In this document: piece after piece, positions 10,603 through 19,598 of the stretch
Layout of the letters: every line of letters starts with the position of its first letter
How positions within the stretch are numbered: position 1 is the stretch's first letter
Assembly: GCA_036376245.1 (NCBI GenBank)
Contig: DASVAS010000040.1
Coordinates: 64,293 to 128,292, forward strand
Length of the DNA: 64,000 nt
From: Thermoanaerobaculia bacterium
GTDB lineage: Bacteria; Acidobacteriota; Thermoanaerobaculia; Multivoradales; UBA5704
Reading direction: 5' to 3'
Notes under the pieces: generated by a model
Databases searched by the model: none
What the model was told of the DNA's origin: nothing
What the model saw: the letters and a program-made list of their open reading frames with translations, nothing else
Program-made: the position numbers and the translations under genes

Positions 10603-11964
10603 TTATAGGCGGGTGGACTCGATCTCCGCGTAGAAGCGCTCGCGCACGCCGTCCGCATTCATCCTGCACATCGGTACCATCTCGCCCTTGTAGGGGAGGC
10701 GGAAGACGCAGGCGGCCAGGCGCTCCCGGCCCAGCGGCGTGCGCACCTCCTCCGGGCTCATGAAGTGATGGCTCGTCAGGGTCAGTCCGTCGACGCGGAG
10801 GCGGCCCCGGAGGACGTCCAGGAGCAGGCGCCGCAGCGAGATCCCCGCCTCCTCACGGAAACGGGCGTCCGCCCAGCGCCGCACCCGCCCGAAGAGCCAG
10901 CGAGGATCGGCGCGCAGCATGCCGAGGAAGCGCGCCGCCTTCTCGACGGGCCGGTCGTCCCGGAAGGCCGTGCCGCCCAGGCCGCGCGCGAAGAACTCGC
11001 TCATCACGGCCACGTCCTCGGGCTCGTCGCGGATGAACTGGAACAGCCGCGGCTCCTCCCCCCGACGCTCCAGCGCCAGCACGGGCACGAAGCGCGTGCA
11101 CTCCGTGTGGCCGAAATGCATCGGACCCGTCCCCCGGAGATCCAGCCCGAACGTGGCGGTCCCCCGGTCCACCTCCCGCCACAGCTCCCCGGCCGTCACC
11201 CCTCGCTGGCTCCTGCGCGTCCGGCCCACCTGGGCCAGCGGCTGGAAGCTCGCCAGGCCGAAGGCGTCGCGGTTGCGCACCAGCCAGCGCACCACGTCCG
11301 CGATCTGGGGGAGGTTGTCCTGGGTGACCGTCAGCGTCATGGCCGCCCGCAGCGGTCTGCCGGTGCGGCGGCGGGCCTCCCGGACCATGGCCGCGAATTC
11401 GTCCCGCAGCCCCATCAGCTCCAGCTCCGACTCCGGCGCCTTGTGGCCGTCCCGCCCACGCTGGGTGATGTCCACGTGGATCGAGACCTCGGTGAGCCCG
11501 CCGTCCGTCATCAGCCGCTCCAGCAGCCCGGGCCGCCGGCGGAAGCTGTCGCCGTGGGTCATCACCATGGGGACGCAGCCGATCGAGCGGGCGTAGCGCA
11601 GGATTTCGATCAGCTCCCTCTCGGGGCGCAGCGTCACCTCGCCGTCGGTGATCTGGACGTTGCTCTTGGGGCCCAGCCAGCGGCGCATCTCGTCGAGCTG
11701 CCGCAGGACGGCCGCGGTAGGAAGGGCCGGGATACGGTTCGCCTCGCGGCCGAGGTAGCAGCCGGTGCAGGCGAAGTCGCAGCGCGGTTGGATGCCGATG
11801 GTGGCGCCGCAGCCGGTGGCCTTCTGGCCGAGGCCCTGCCCGGGAAGACGCAGAGCGGGGTCGAGCCCCGCCCAGCGTTGCGCCAGCAGGCCGCGCTTCT
11901 CGGCCGTGGCCGGATCGCGGAGGAGATCCAGGGTTCCCCGCAGCGACCAGGGCTGTCCGATCAA
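10603..11964 (-). CDS. radical SAM domain protein
   Basis: CDFACTGC (CxxxCxxC) cluster motif near N-terminus; 453 aa. Confidence 0.7.
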   Translation of the reverse strand: MIGQPWSLRGTLDLLRDPATAEKRGLLAQRWAGLDPALRLPGQGLGQKATGCGATIGIQPRCDFACTGCYLGREANRIPALPTAAVLRQLDEMRRWLGPKSNVQITDGEVTLRPERELIEILRYARSIGCVPMVMTHGDSFRRRPGLLERLMTDGGLTEVSIHVDITQRGRDGHKAPESELELMGLRDEFAAMVREARRRTGRPLRAAMTLTVTQDNLPQIADVVRWLVRNRDAFGLASFQPLAQVGRTRRSQRGVTAGELWREVDRGTATFGLDLRGTGPMHFGHTECTRFVPVLALERRGEEPRLFQFIRDEPEDVAVMSEFFARGLGGTAFRDDRPVEKAARFLGMLRADPRWLFGRVRRWADARFREEAGISLRRLLLDVLRGRLRVDGLTLTSHHFMSPEEVRTPLGRERLAACVFRLPYKGEMVPMCRMNADGVRERFYAEIESTRL

Positions 11965-11980
11965 GCGCCCCTCCCCGGAG

Positions 11981-12763
11981 TTATTGCGAGTTGTCGTTCA
12001 GCTTCCAACTGTACTCGTCGTACTGCACGTCGATCTGGTTGCCGGCGGCCACCATCTGCTTCCGCTTGTCCGGCGAGACGTAGTTGAGGAGGAACGGTAT
12101 CGTGCCGCCGCCCCACTTGTAGAAATCTCCCTCGAACCAGTCCATCACCTTGGTGACATGCAGGACGAGCTCTCCGCCCTTCTTCTCCAGGCGTACGCCC
12201 TGGGGACCGTTGATGAACTTCCGGGTCTGATCCTCGAGCTGCTGCTGGACCCGGTCCCCGACATAGGGCTCGGTCCGGATGGCCGGGCAGCTCTCGGCGG
12301 CGCAGTTGATGGCGAAGTGGATGCGCGGGTCCTTGAACCCGTTGCGGATCTTCTCGTTCTCGATGTCGTTCAGCGACATCTTGCCGCGTTTGGTGTCCAC
12401 CAGGTCCTTCTTGAAGATGTTCAGGCGGATCACGGGGTCCGTCGAGAGGTCGCGGATCGACTCCACCGGGTAGTTGTCCACCACGATGCCGACGACGGAG
12501 ATGTTGTACAGGTTGATCCAGTAGGCGAGCTGGTCCTGTCGCGACAGGGTCTGGGCGTCGACCGCGGCCATCTGGCGGCGCAGGTTGTCGAGCGTGGCCT
12601 TGTCCTGGGCCTTGAGGGCCTTGTAGTTCATCCCCTTGGCGGGGTCGTAGTACTTGGAGAGCAGCTCCCCCCAGGGCCTGTAGTCCGGCGGCGCCGCGGC
12701 GGCGGCCGGGAGGGCCAGGGCCAGCAGGGCGAGAAGGATCAGGGTGAGGTTCGTCGTCTTCAT
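11981..12763 (-). CDS. DUF547 family exported protein
   Basis: signal peptide MKTTNLTLILLALLALALPAAA; DUF547-like INLYNISVV...IHFAINCAAESCP. Confidence 0.7.
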   Translation of the reverse strand: MKTTNLTLILLALLALALPAAAAAPPDYRPWGELLSKYYDPAKGMNYKALKAQDKATLDNLRRQMAAVDAQTLSRQDQLAYWINLYNISVVGIVVDNYPVESIRDLSTDPVIRLNIFKKDLVDTKRGKMSLNDIENEKIRNGFKDPRIHFAINCAAESCPAIRTEPYVGDRVQQQLEDQTRKFINGPQGVRLEKKGGELVLHVTKVMDWFEGDFYKWGGGTIPFLLNYVSPDKRKQMVAAGNQIDVQYDEYSWKLNDNSQ

Positions 12764-12830
12764 GCTCCCACCTCTCTTACGCAGTGGCCCTCCGGAGCGG
12801 ATGAGCGCAGGAGGATGGTAGCGCAGTACC

Positions 12831-15800
12831 CTACGGCCCCTCTCGCTTCAACGTGAGGCTCGGCAGGCCGGGGGCTTCCCAGAGGAGGGTGGCAACCCCG
12901 CCTCCGAGTTGGAAGGTCATGGTGTCCGTCATGCCCTCGATGCGGAAGCGGGTGGGTGAGGTCGGCACCAGCACCATGTTGCTCTCCTCGTCCACCAGCA
13001 CGGCCAGCAGGCGGTTGCCCGCGGCCTGGACTCTGATCTCGTACCCGCTCTCCCCATCCTTGTAGGTTCCGGTGAAGCGGGCGATCTGGTCGGCCGGCAG
13101 CTCCACGTCCGGGTCCCGCTTGAGCACGAACTCCGGCCGCTTTGTCTTCTCCACGCAGGAAGTGTCTAGCCCCTTTACGGTGCCGGCTTCGACGAACCGG
13201 ACAATCAGGCTGTCGACGCACTGGTAGGCGCTCCCGAAACTGTGGCCGCCGTCCGGCACCACGACCTGAAGGCTGTTCTTCAGCGTCCGCGCGGCCCGCT
13301 CGGCGTTGGACGGCGGAGTCACGGGGTCGCGCTCGCCCGAGAGCAGGAGCGCCGGCACATCGGAGACCGTCGGGTCCAGGAACTCGCGGCCGACCGCGGG
13401 CACCGGCCAGGCCGCGCAGGCCGCCTGCTGCTTGCGGATGCGGAAGTCCCCCAGGAAGGTGCCCTGGACGGCGGCCGGGATCTCCTCCTCGCGAATGAAC
13501 GGCAGGTCCTCCGCGCAGGTGAGGGAGAGATAGTAGCCGTCGGCCAGAGCGCCGCCGCTGCCGGCGGAAAAGCGGCGGGCGGCCTCGGCCATCGGCTTCC
13601 AGTCCCCCTGGGCCGCGAAGTGGATGCTGAGAGGAAGGAGGGAGGCTCCCCTCGGGCTGTAGAGCATGTAGCGAAAGGTCGTCGCCACCCCGTTGCGCGC
13701 CAGCCGGACGTCCACCGGCTTGCCCGTTTCGCCGTCCGTCAGGGTGACGGTCACGGGCTGCTTCTCGATCTGCCGGAGCACGGCGGCGGCTTCGTCACGG
13801 AGGTGGGGGAAGGCGGTGCGGCAGGCTGGATCCCCCTCGCACTCGGCGATCAGGCTGTCGAGCGCCCGCTGGGCGTGGCGGGCCATCGGGAACGGCCCAC
13901 GCTCGTCCGTGGGGGCCACTCCATGGAGGACCACCGTGCGCACGTTGTCAGGATATCGGCGCAGGTAGACCAGCGCCGACTTGGTGCCGCCGGACGCGCC
14001 GTAAATGTTGAGCTTGCCGTAGCCGAGGGCGGCCCGCACCTCTTCGATGTCGTCGACGCTGGCGGCGTTGGTGTACTGGCTGAGGTCGGCGGTCTTCGCC
14101 AGGCGCTCGGCGCAGGTCTTCACCTTCTCCGGCGGGTAGAATTCGTCGAGGAAGCCCTGGGCTCCCGCTCCCCCGACCATTTCCGGGCAGAAAAGGCCCC
14201 CGGAGCCGCCGGTCCCGCGGAAATCGACGAGCAGGATGTCCCGCCGTTTGCGTAGGGCTCCAAACTCGGCGGCGATCGAGGCGGCCGCCGACACCGAGGA
14301 GTTCCCCGGGCCGCCGGTGAAGTAGACGAAGGGATCGGACAGCCGGTCCGGCCCCGTGGCCGGGAGGACGACCACGCGCAGGGGGATCTTGCGGCCGGTC
14401 TTCGCCGCTCGGTTCTCCCAGACCTCGTAGGTGCCGCACCGGGCCTCCGGCGGCAGGCCGGGGATGGTGGTGCAGGGCTTCAGCGCCAGCTTCGCGGCGG
14501 GTTGCGCCTCGCGGGCGAACGCCGGCGGCTTCGTCTTCGCCAGGCAGGAGCCGTCGAGCCCCTTCGCCGTGCCGGCCTCGACGAACCGGGTCATCAGGTC
14601 CGTGAGACACCCCATGGTTTCGAGCCCGTCGAGGCTGTGGCCGGTGTGCGGGATCACCACGTGCAGGCTGTTCTTCAGCGTCCGCGCGGCCCGCTCGGCG
14701 TTGGACGGCGGAGTCACCGGGTCCAGCTCGCCCGAGATCAGGAGCGTCGGCACGTCGGAGGTCACCGGCTCCTGGAACTCGCGGCCGACCGGGGGTACGG
14801 GCCAGGCGGCGCAGGCGGCCTGTTGGGCGCGGATGCGGTAGTCCCCCAGGAACGAGCCCCGGACCACCGCCGGGACCTCCTCCTCGGGAATGAACGGCAC
14901 GTCCTCCGAGCAGGTGAGGGAGAGATAGTAGCCGCGGGCCATCGTGCTCAGGCCGGAGCCCGCGGCCTGGGCCGCCTCGGCCATCGGCATCCAATTCCCC
15001 AGCACGGCCTGATGGACGCTGAACGGGATACGGGAGGCCCCCGTGGAGCTGTAGAGCATGGCGCGCAGGGTGGTGATCAGCGCGTTGCGCGTCAGCCGCA
15101 CCTCCAGCGGCTTGCCGGTCTCGCCGTCGGTCAGCGTCACCACGGCCGGCTTCTCCGCGGCCCGCTGGAGCATGGTGGCCAGCTCTTCGCGGACCTTGGG
15201 GAACGCCGCGCGGCAGGCCTCGTCCCGGTCGCACTCGGCGAGCCGCCCGTCCAGGGCCCGCTGGACGTGGCGGGCCATGAAGAACGGTCCGCGCTCGTCG
15301 GTCGGGACCAGGCCCGAGAGGATCGCGGCGCGCACCGACTCCGGATGCCGGCGCAGGTAGATCAGGCCCGTCCGGCTGCCGCCGGAGCCGCCCATGAGGT
15401 TGACCTTTTCGTAGCCGAGGGCGGCCCGCACCTCGTCGAGATCGTCGACGGTCGTGTCGTTGGTGTACTGCGAGAGGTCAGCGGTCTTCGCCAGGCGTTC
15501 GGCGCAGGCCTTGGCCTGATCCGGCGCCAGGTAGTGATCCAGGTAGCCCTGCAATCCCGCGCTGGTCTCCATCTCGGGGCAGAAGAGGCCGCCGGAGCCG
15601 CCGGTGCCCCGGAAGTCCACTAGCAGGAGGTCCCGCCGCTGGTTGATCTCCTTGAGCTCTGCGGCCAGCCAGGAAGCGGCCTCCACGTTGGAGTCCCCTG
15701 GGCCGCCGTTCAGGAAGACCAGGGGATCAGGCTGGCGGTCAGGACCCTGGGCCGGGAGCACAACCACGCGGAGAGGGATCTTGCGGCCGGTCTTCGCGGC

Positions 15801-15989
15801 CCGGTTCTCCCACACCTCGTAGGTGCCGCACCGGGCCTCTGGCGGCAGGTCGGGGATGCCGGCGCAGGGCTTCAGCTCCAGCTCCGTGGCCGGCGCGGCG
15901 GCGAGGGCCAGCCCGGGGACGCACAGCCCGGTCAGGATCGCGAGCATCGGGACGCGTCTCATTGGATTCCTCCTTGCAGGGATCTTCAA
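12831..15989 (-). CDS. secreted tandem-duplicated (two-module) S33/TAP-like alpha/beta hydrolase with shared C-terminal domain; start may be MRRVPML at 15962
   Basis: 1052 aa; two ~480-aa modules each beginning LxLKPC..IPxLPPEARCGTYEVWENRAAKTGRKIPLRVVVLP and each with a GxSxG nucleophile (GGSGGS / GASGGT). Confidence 0.75.
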   Translation of the reverse strand: MKIPARRNPMRRVPMLAILTGLCVPGLALAAAPATELELKPCAGIPDLPPEARCGTYEVWENRAAKTGRKIPLRVVVLPAQGPDRQPDPLVFLNGGPGDSNVEAASWLAAELKEINQRRDLLLVDFRGTGGSGGLFCPEMETSAGLQGYLDHYLAPDQAKACAERLAKTADLSQYTNDTTVDDLDEVRAALGYEKVNLMGGSGGSRTGLIYLRRHPESVRAAILSGLVPTDERGPFFMARHVQRALDGRLAECDRDEACRAAFPKVREELATMLQRAAEKPAVVTLTDGETGKPLEVRLTRNALITTLRAMLYSSTGASRIPFSVHQAVLGNWMPMAEAAQAAGSGLSTMARGYYLSLTCSEDVPFIPEEEVPAVVRGSFLGDYRIRAQQAACAAWPVPPVGREFQEPVTSDVPTLLISGELDPVTPPSNAERAARTLKNSLHVVIPHTGHSLDGLETMGCLTDLMTRFVEAGTAKGLDGSCLAKTKPPAFAREAQPAAKLALKPCTTIPGLPPEARCGTYEVWENRAAKTGRKIPLRVVVLPATGPDRLSDPFVYFTGGPGNSSVSAAASIAAEFGALRKRRDILLVDFRGTGGSGGLFCPEMVGGAGAQGFLDEFYPPEKVKTCAERLAKTADLSQYTNAASVDDIEEVRAALGYGKLNIYGASGGTKSALVYLRRYPDNVRTVVLHGVAPTDERGPFPMARHAQRALDSLIAECEGDPACRTAFPHLRDEAAAVLRQIEKQPVTVTLTDGETGKPVDVRLARNGVATTFRYMLYSPRGASLLPLSIHFAAQGDWKPMAEAARRFSAGSGGALADGYYLSLTCAEDLPFIREEEIPAAVQGTFLGDFRIRKQQAACAAWPVPAVGREFLDPTVSDVPALLLSGERDPVTPPSNAERAARTLKNSLQVVVPDGGHSFGSAYQCVDSLIVRFVEAGTVKGLDTSCVEKTKRPEFVLKRDPDVELPADQIARFTGTYKDGESGYEIRVQAAGNRLLAVLVDEESNMVLVPTSPTRFRIEGMTDTMTFQLGGGVATLLWEAPGLPSLTLKREGP

Positions 15990-16033
15990 TCTTAGACTTG
16001 TTTCATCCCAATGGCGTCCCTATTTCCACTTTC

Positions 16034-17770
16034 TCAGCTTCCCTCCCGCTTCAGGGTCTGCGTGCCGCCCGGCATCTCCAGGGTCATGGCGACGGCGCGG
16101 CCGTCCTGGAGGTCGAAGCTGAGCTTCAGCCATGGCTCGCCGCTGCGCATGCGGAAGCGCGTCGGCGAGGTGGCGGCCAGGAGGGCCGGGCCGAAGGGGG
16201 AGTCCACCCGCAGGTATCCGCCGACGACGGCGGTCGTGAACTTGCCCCCGTTCGGGCCTGCCCAGACGCCCACGAGCCGCTCGAGCTCCTCGGGCTTCAG
16301 CTTCACCTCGGGGTCAAGGCTCAGGAGGAAGTCGGGCCGCCGCATGCGGGCCACACAGGAGGTGTCCAGCGACTCGGCGGCGCCCGCCTGGATGAACGCC
16401 GTGATCATCCGCTCGACGCACTCCCCGCCTTGCATGCCGCCCAGGCCGTGGCCACCGTCCTCGACCACCACGTGCCGGCCCCGCTTCAGCGTGCGGGCCA
16501 CCCGATCTCCCTGGGAGGGCGGGGTGACGGGATCGGCGCTGCCCGAGAGCAGCAGGGTGGGGATGCCGGAGGTCACCGGCCTGCGGAACTCCGGGCCGAG
16601 CTTCGGGGCCGGCCAGCCCTTGCAGGCTTCCAACTGCTTGCGCACGCGCAGGTCGCCGAGGAAGGTGCCGGCCACGGCGGCGGGGATCTCCTCCTCGCGG
16701 GTGAAAGCGAGGTCCTCGGAGCAGGAGACGGAAAGGAAATAGCCGCCGATCGAGCCCTGGGCCTCGCTGATGACCTTGGCGAATTCGGCGAGAGGCTGCC
16801 AGTCGCCGTTCGCCGCGTTGTGGAGGTAGAGCGGGACGAGGGAGATCCAGGGGTTGTAGTAGAGCATCCGCCGCAGCACCTGGCCAAAGCCGCCCTTTGA
16901 CAGGGTGAATTCGATCGGCTGGCCGGTCTGGGCGCTCGGCACCTGGAGCTTCACCGGCTCTTTCTGGATCCGGCTGATCACGGCGGCGACCTCTTCCCGG
17001 AGCTTCGGGAAGGCCTTGTGGCACGCCGGGTCCCCTTCGCACTCGACGATCAGGTTCTCCAAAGCCCGCTGGGAGTGGCGGGCGGTGAATAGGGGGACGG
17101 ACTCGTCCATGGGGACCACGCCGCTGATCGTGGCCGTGCGGACGCTGCCGGGGTGGCGGCGCATGTAGACCTGGACCGTGCGCGTGCCGTAGGAGGTCCC
17201 CATGATGTTGACCTTCCCATAGCCGAGCGCGGTGCGGATCTCCTCGGCGTCGTCGGTCACGTAGTCAGAGGAGTACTGGGTGAGGTCGGCGGTCTTCTGC
17301 AGCCGGTCGCGGCAGGCGCGGGCCTTGTCGGCGGGGATGAATTCGTCCAGAAACCCCTGGATGCTGCCGTCGCCCCGCAGCTCGGGGCAGTCCAAAGGCG
17401 CCGACAGGCCGGTCCCCCGGGAATCGATGAGGAGGACGTCGCGGTCCTTCCGCAGCTCCGGCATCTCCATCGCGAACCCCAGTCCCTCCTCGATGGACGG
17501 CCCGCCCGGTCCGCCGGCGAAGTAGAGGAACGGATCGGGCAGCCGCTGGGGTCCGGTCGCCGGCAGGACCACGACCTGAAGCGGGATCTTGCGTCCGGAC
17601 TTCGCGGCGCGGTTCTCAAAGACCTCATAGACGCCGCACCGGGCGTCCTTGGGGAGCCAGGGAGCCGAGCAGGCGCCTAACTCGAATTTCTTGACAGGCT
17701 CGGCGCTGGCGGAGAGTCCTACGGCAGGGAAACAGGCGAGAGCGATGAGGAAAGTTGATGTGGCTCGCAT
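16034..17770 (-). CDS. secreted S33/TAP-like alpha/beta hydrolase (single-module paralog of 12831..15989)
   Basis: 578 aa; same N-terminal pattern (ARCGVYEVFENRAAKSGRKIPLQVVVLPATGP), GTSYGT nucleophile motif, homologous C-terminal ~90-aa domain ending TLKREG. Confidence 0.75.
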   Translation of the reverse strand: MRATSTFLIALACFPAVGLSASAEPVKKFELGACSAPWLPKDARCGVYEVFENRAAKSGRKIPLQVVVLPATGPQRLPDPFLYFAGGPGGPSIEEGLGFAMEMPELRKDRDVLLIDSRGTGLSAPLDCPELRGDGSIQGFLDEFIPADKARACRDRLQKTADLTQYSSDYVTDDAEEIRTALGYGKVNIMGTSYGTRTVQVYMRRHPGSVRTATISGVVPMDESVPLFTARHSQRALENLIVECEGDPACHKAFPKLREEVAAVISRIQKEPVKLQVPSAQTGQPIEFTLSKGGFGQVLRRMLYYNPWISLVPLYLHNAANGDWQPLAEFAKVISEAQGSIGGYFLSVSCSEDLAFTREEEIPAAVAGTFLGDLRVRKQLEACKGWPAPKLGPEFRRPVTSGIPTLLLSGSADPVTPPSQGDRVARTLKRGRHVVVEDGGHGLGGMQGGECVERMITAFIQAGAAESLDTSCVARMRRPDFLLSLDPEVKLKPEELERLVGVWAGPNGGKFTTAVVGGYLRVDSPFGPALLAATSPTRFRMRSGEPWLKLSFDLQDGRAVAMTLEMPGGTQTLKREGS

Positions 17771-18137
17771 AGGAAGGACTACGAACGCGGTAGTCGAAAG
17801 GTTTCGGGCCGCGTTCCCCCGATTCCGCCTCTCATTCCCTCGCTTCCGAGAGACGTGAAAGCCTGGGAATGCTCCATTCGCTCCTTTTCAAGTCTCTTTC
17901 CCCGGAGGGAATGGAAGCCGGAAGAGCCTTCGTCGTCTTCGAAGGGTCTTTCGGCTTCCAGTCCCCGTCTTTCGCCTGCCATTTCCTCCTCTTCAGGTCT
18001 TGTTCCCCGGAGGAAATGCGACCCGGAAGGTTCTCCACGCCCCATTCCTCCTGGGGAACGCGACCCGAAAGGCGGGGAACGCCTCGCGATGAGGAGGGAA
18101 CATGACGGGAGATCCCCTTCAGGCAGCCTGAGCGGGA

Positions 18138-18200
18138 GGGAATGAGACCCGAAATCCGGGGAATGAGACCTGAAGTCCGGGGAACACGATCCGAAAAACG
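18138..18200. repeat. three tandem 21-nt direct repeats (gggaatgagacccgaaatccg / gggaatgagacctgaagtccg / gggaacacgatccgaaaaacg), with further degenerate copies in 17900-18100
   Basis: read directly from sequence; located in the 556-bp lower-GC noncoding gap 17771-18326 upstream of the ATPase gene. Confidence 0.6.
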
Positions 18201-18326
18201 ATGGACGAGGGCCGAAGCCCTTCCGCCATGCCCCGTTTGCCGCCTTGAGAGGGACGAAACTCGAAGAGAGGCAGGAGTAAGGGATGGGGTGCTATCCTTT
18301 GATCCTGTCGACAGGAGCGGAAACGA

Positions 18327-19598
18327 TTGTACGTTCAAGAGATCGCCATTCATAACCTCCGGGTCTTCGAGGCGGCTTCTCTGAAGCTCCAGTACCCGGG
18401 TCGCTCTGACGCCGACGCTCTCCACCATCCCAACATCAACCTGCTGCTCGGCAACAACGGCGCTGGGAAGACCACCGTCCTGAAAGCGCTGGCCCTCTCC
18501 ACGCTCGCGCCGGTCATCGACAAGTCGGGCTTCCTCCCCTATGAGCTGGTGCGGCACGGGCGCGAGCGGTCGACGATCACGGCCAAGGTGGTCCTCCATC
18601 CGCAAGACCTGGGCAAGGGGTTCTCCACACACCCTCACGAGGAGTCCTTGACGACGGAGATCGTCCGGCAGGGGGATCTGGAGATCCTGGCCTCCGGAAT
18701 CGGGACCGATCCGGGACCTTGGTCGGGGATGTTCGACAACAAGTCCCCCTCGTTCCTCGTCGTCGGCTACGGAGCGACCCGGCGGGTACAGGACGCCGGG
18801 AGCTTCAATCCGGAGGAGCAGGGGAAGCGCCGGTTCCTGCGTTACCAGCGCGTCGCGGGCCTGTTCGAGAGCCACATCGCCCTGACGCCCCTGCCCGCCT
18901 GGCTGCCCGGCTATCAGAAGGAGAATCCAGGCCGCTACAAGCAGGTCTCGAACCTGATCAACAAGCTTCTTCCCGAAGGCGCCAGGTTCTCCGGCCGGCG
19001 CGAGAGAGCGGACTCCGGGGACTACATGTTCCAGCTCCACGATGCGGAGGTCCCTTTCGGCGCCCTGTCGGACGGCTACCGCGCCTACATCGGATGGATC
19101 ACGGACCTGCTGTATCACGTCTGCATGGGGTGTCCCAACAATACGAAGCTGGTGGACAGCCGCGGCCTGGTCCTGATCGACGAGATCGACCTCAACCTCC
19201 ATCCGGAATGGCAGCGCACCGTCTGCGCCACCGTCTCCGCCGCCCTGCCCAACCTTCAGTTCGTGCTCTCCACGCACAGCCCCATCGTCGCGGGATCGCT
19301 GCAGAAGGAGAACATCTTCGTGATGGAGGCTGATGCTTCGGGCGCCTCGCGGGTCCGCCAGTACGAGGAGCGGATCTACGGCCTCGACGCGGACCAGATC
19401 CTGCTGAGCCCCTACTTCAACCTGGAGACGACGCGAGCGCCCGGCTTCGTGGATGAGTTGCAGCAACTGTCGAAGCAGGCCGCGCCGGGCAAGCCGGAGA
19501 TCTCGCTGGCGATCATGCGGAAACTGGTCGGTCAGGCCGCGCCGGAAGAACGGCCTCAGAGAGACGGCGGGAAAAAGAAGCGCAAGCTCTCCGCATGA
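18327..19598 (+). CDS. ABC-type (AAA_21-like) ATPase, Septu PtuA-like anti-phage system component
   Basis: Walker A GNNGAGKTT, ABC signature-like LSDGYR, Walker B LVLIDEIDLNLH, H-loop STHSP; ATGA overlap with the downstream HNH gene; lower GC than flanks. Confidence 0.7.
   Translation: MYVQEIAIHNLRVFEAASLKLQYPGRSDADALHHPNINLLLGNNGAGKTTVLKALALSTLAPVIDKSGFLPYELVRHGRERSTITAKVVLHPQDLGKGFSTHPHEESLTTEIVRQGDLEILASGIGTDPGPWSGMFDNKSPSFLVVGYGATRRVQDAGSFNPEEQGKRRFLRYQRVAGLFESHIALTPLPAWLPGYQKENPGRYKQVSNLINKLLPEGARFSGRRERADSGDYMFQLHDAEVPFGALSDGYRAYIGWITDLLYHVCMGCPNNTKLVDSRGLVLIDEIDLNLHPEWQRTVCATVSAALPNLQFVLSTHSPIVAGSLQKENIFVMEADASGASRVRQYEERIYGLDADQILLSPYFNLETTRAPGFVDELQQLSKQAAPGKPEISLAIMRKLVGQAAPEERPQRDGGKKKRKLSA

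Noticed and set aside
18138-18200. Possible CRISPR array
   Set aside because: The 21-nt units are directly contiguous with no spacers, there are only three of them and they are degenerate, and no cas genes are present.
17832-19466. 544-aa minus-strand ORF overlapping the repeat region and the ATPase gene
   Set aside because: It is antisense to a convincing ABC-ATPase with all motifs, and its translation is low-complexity without recognisable domains.
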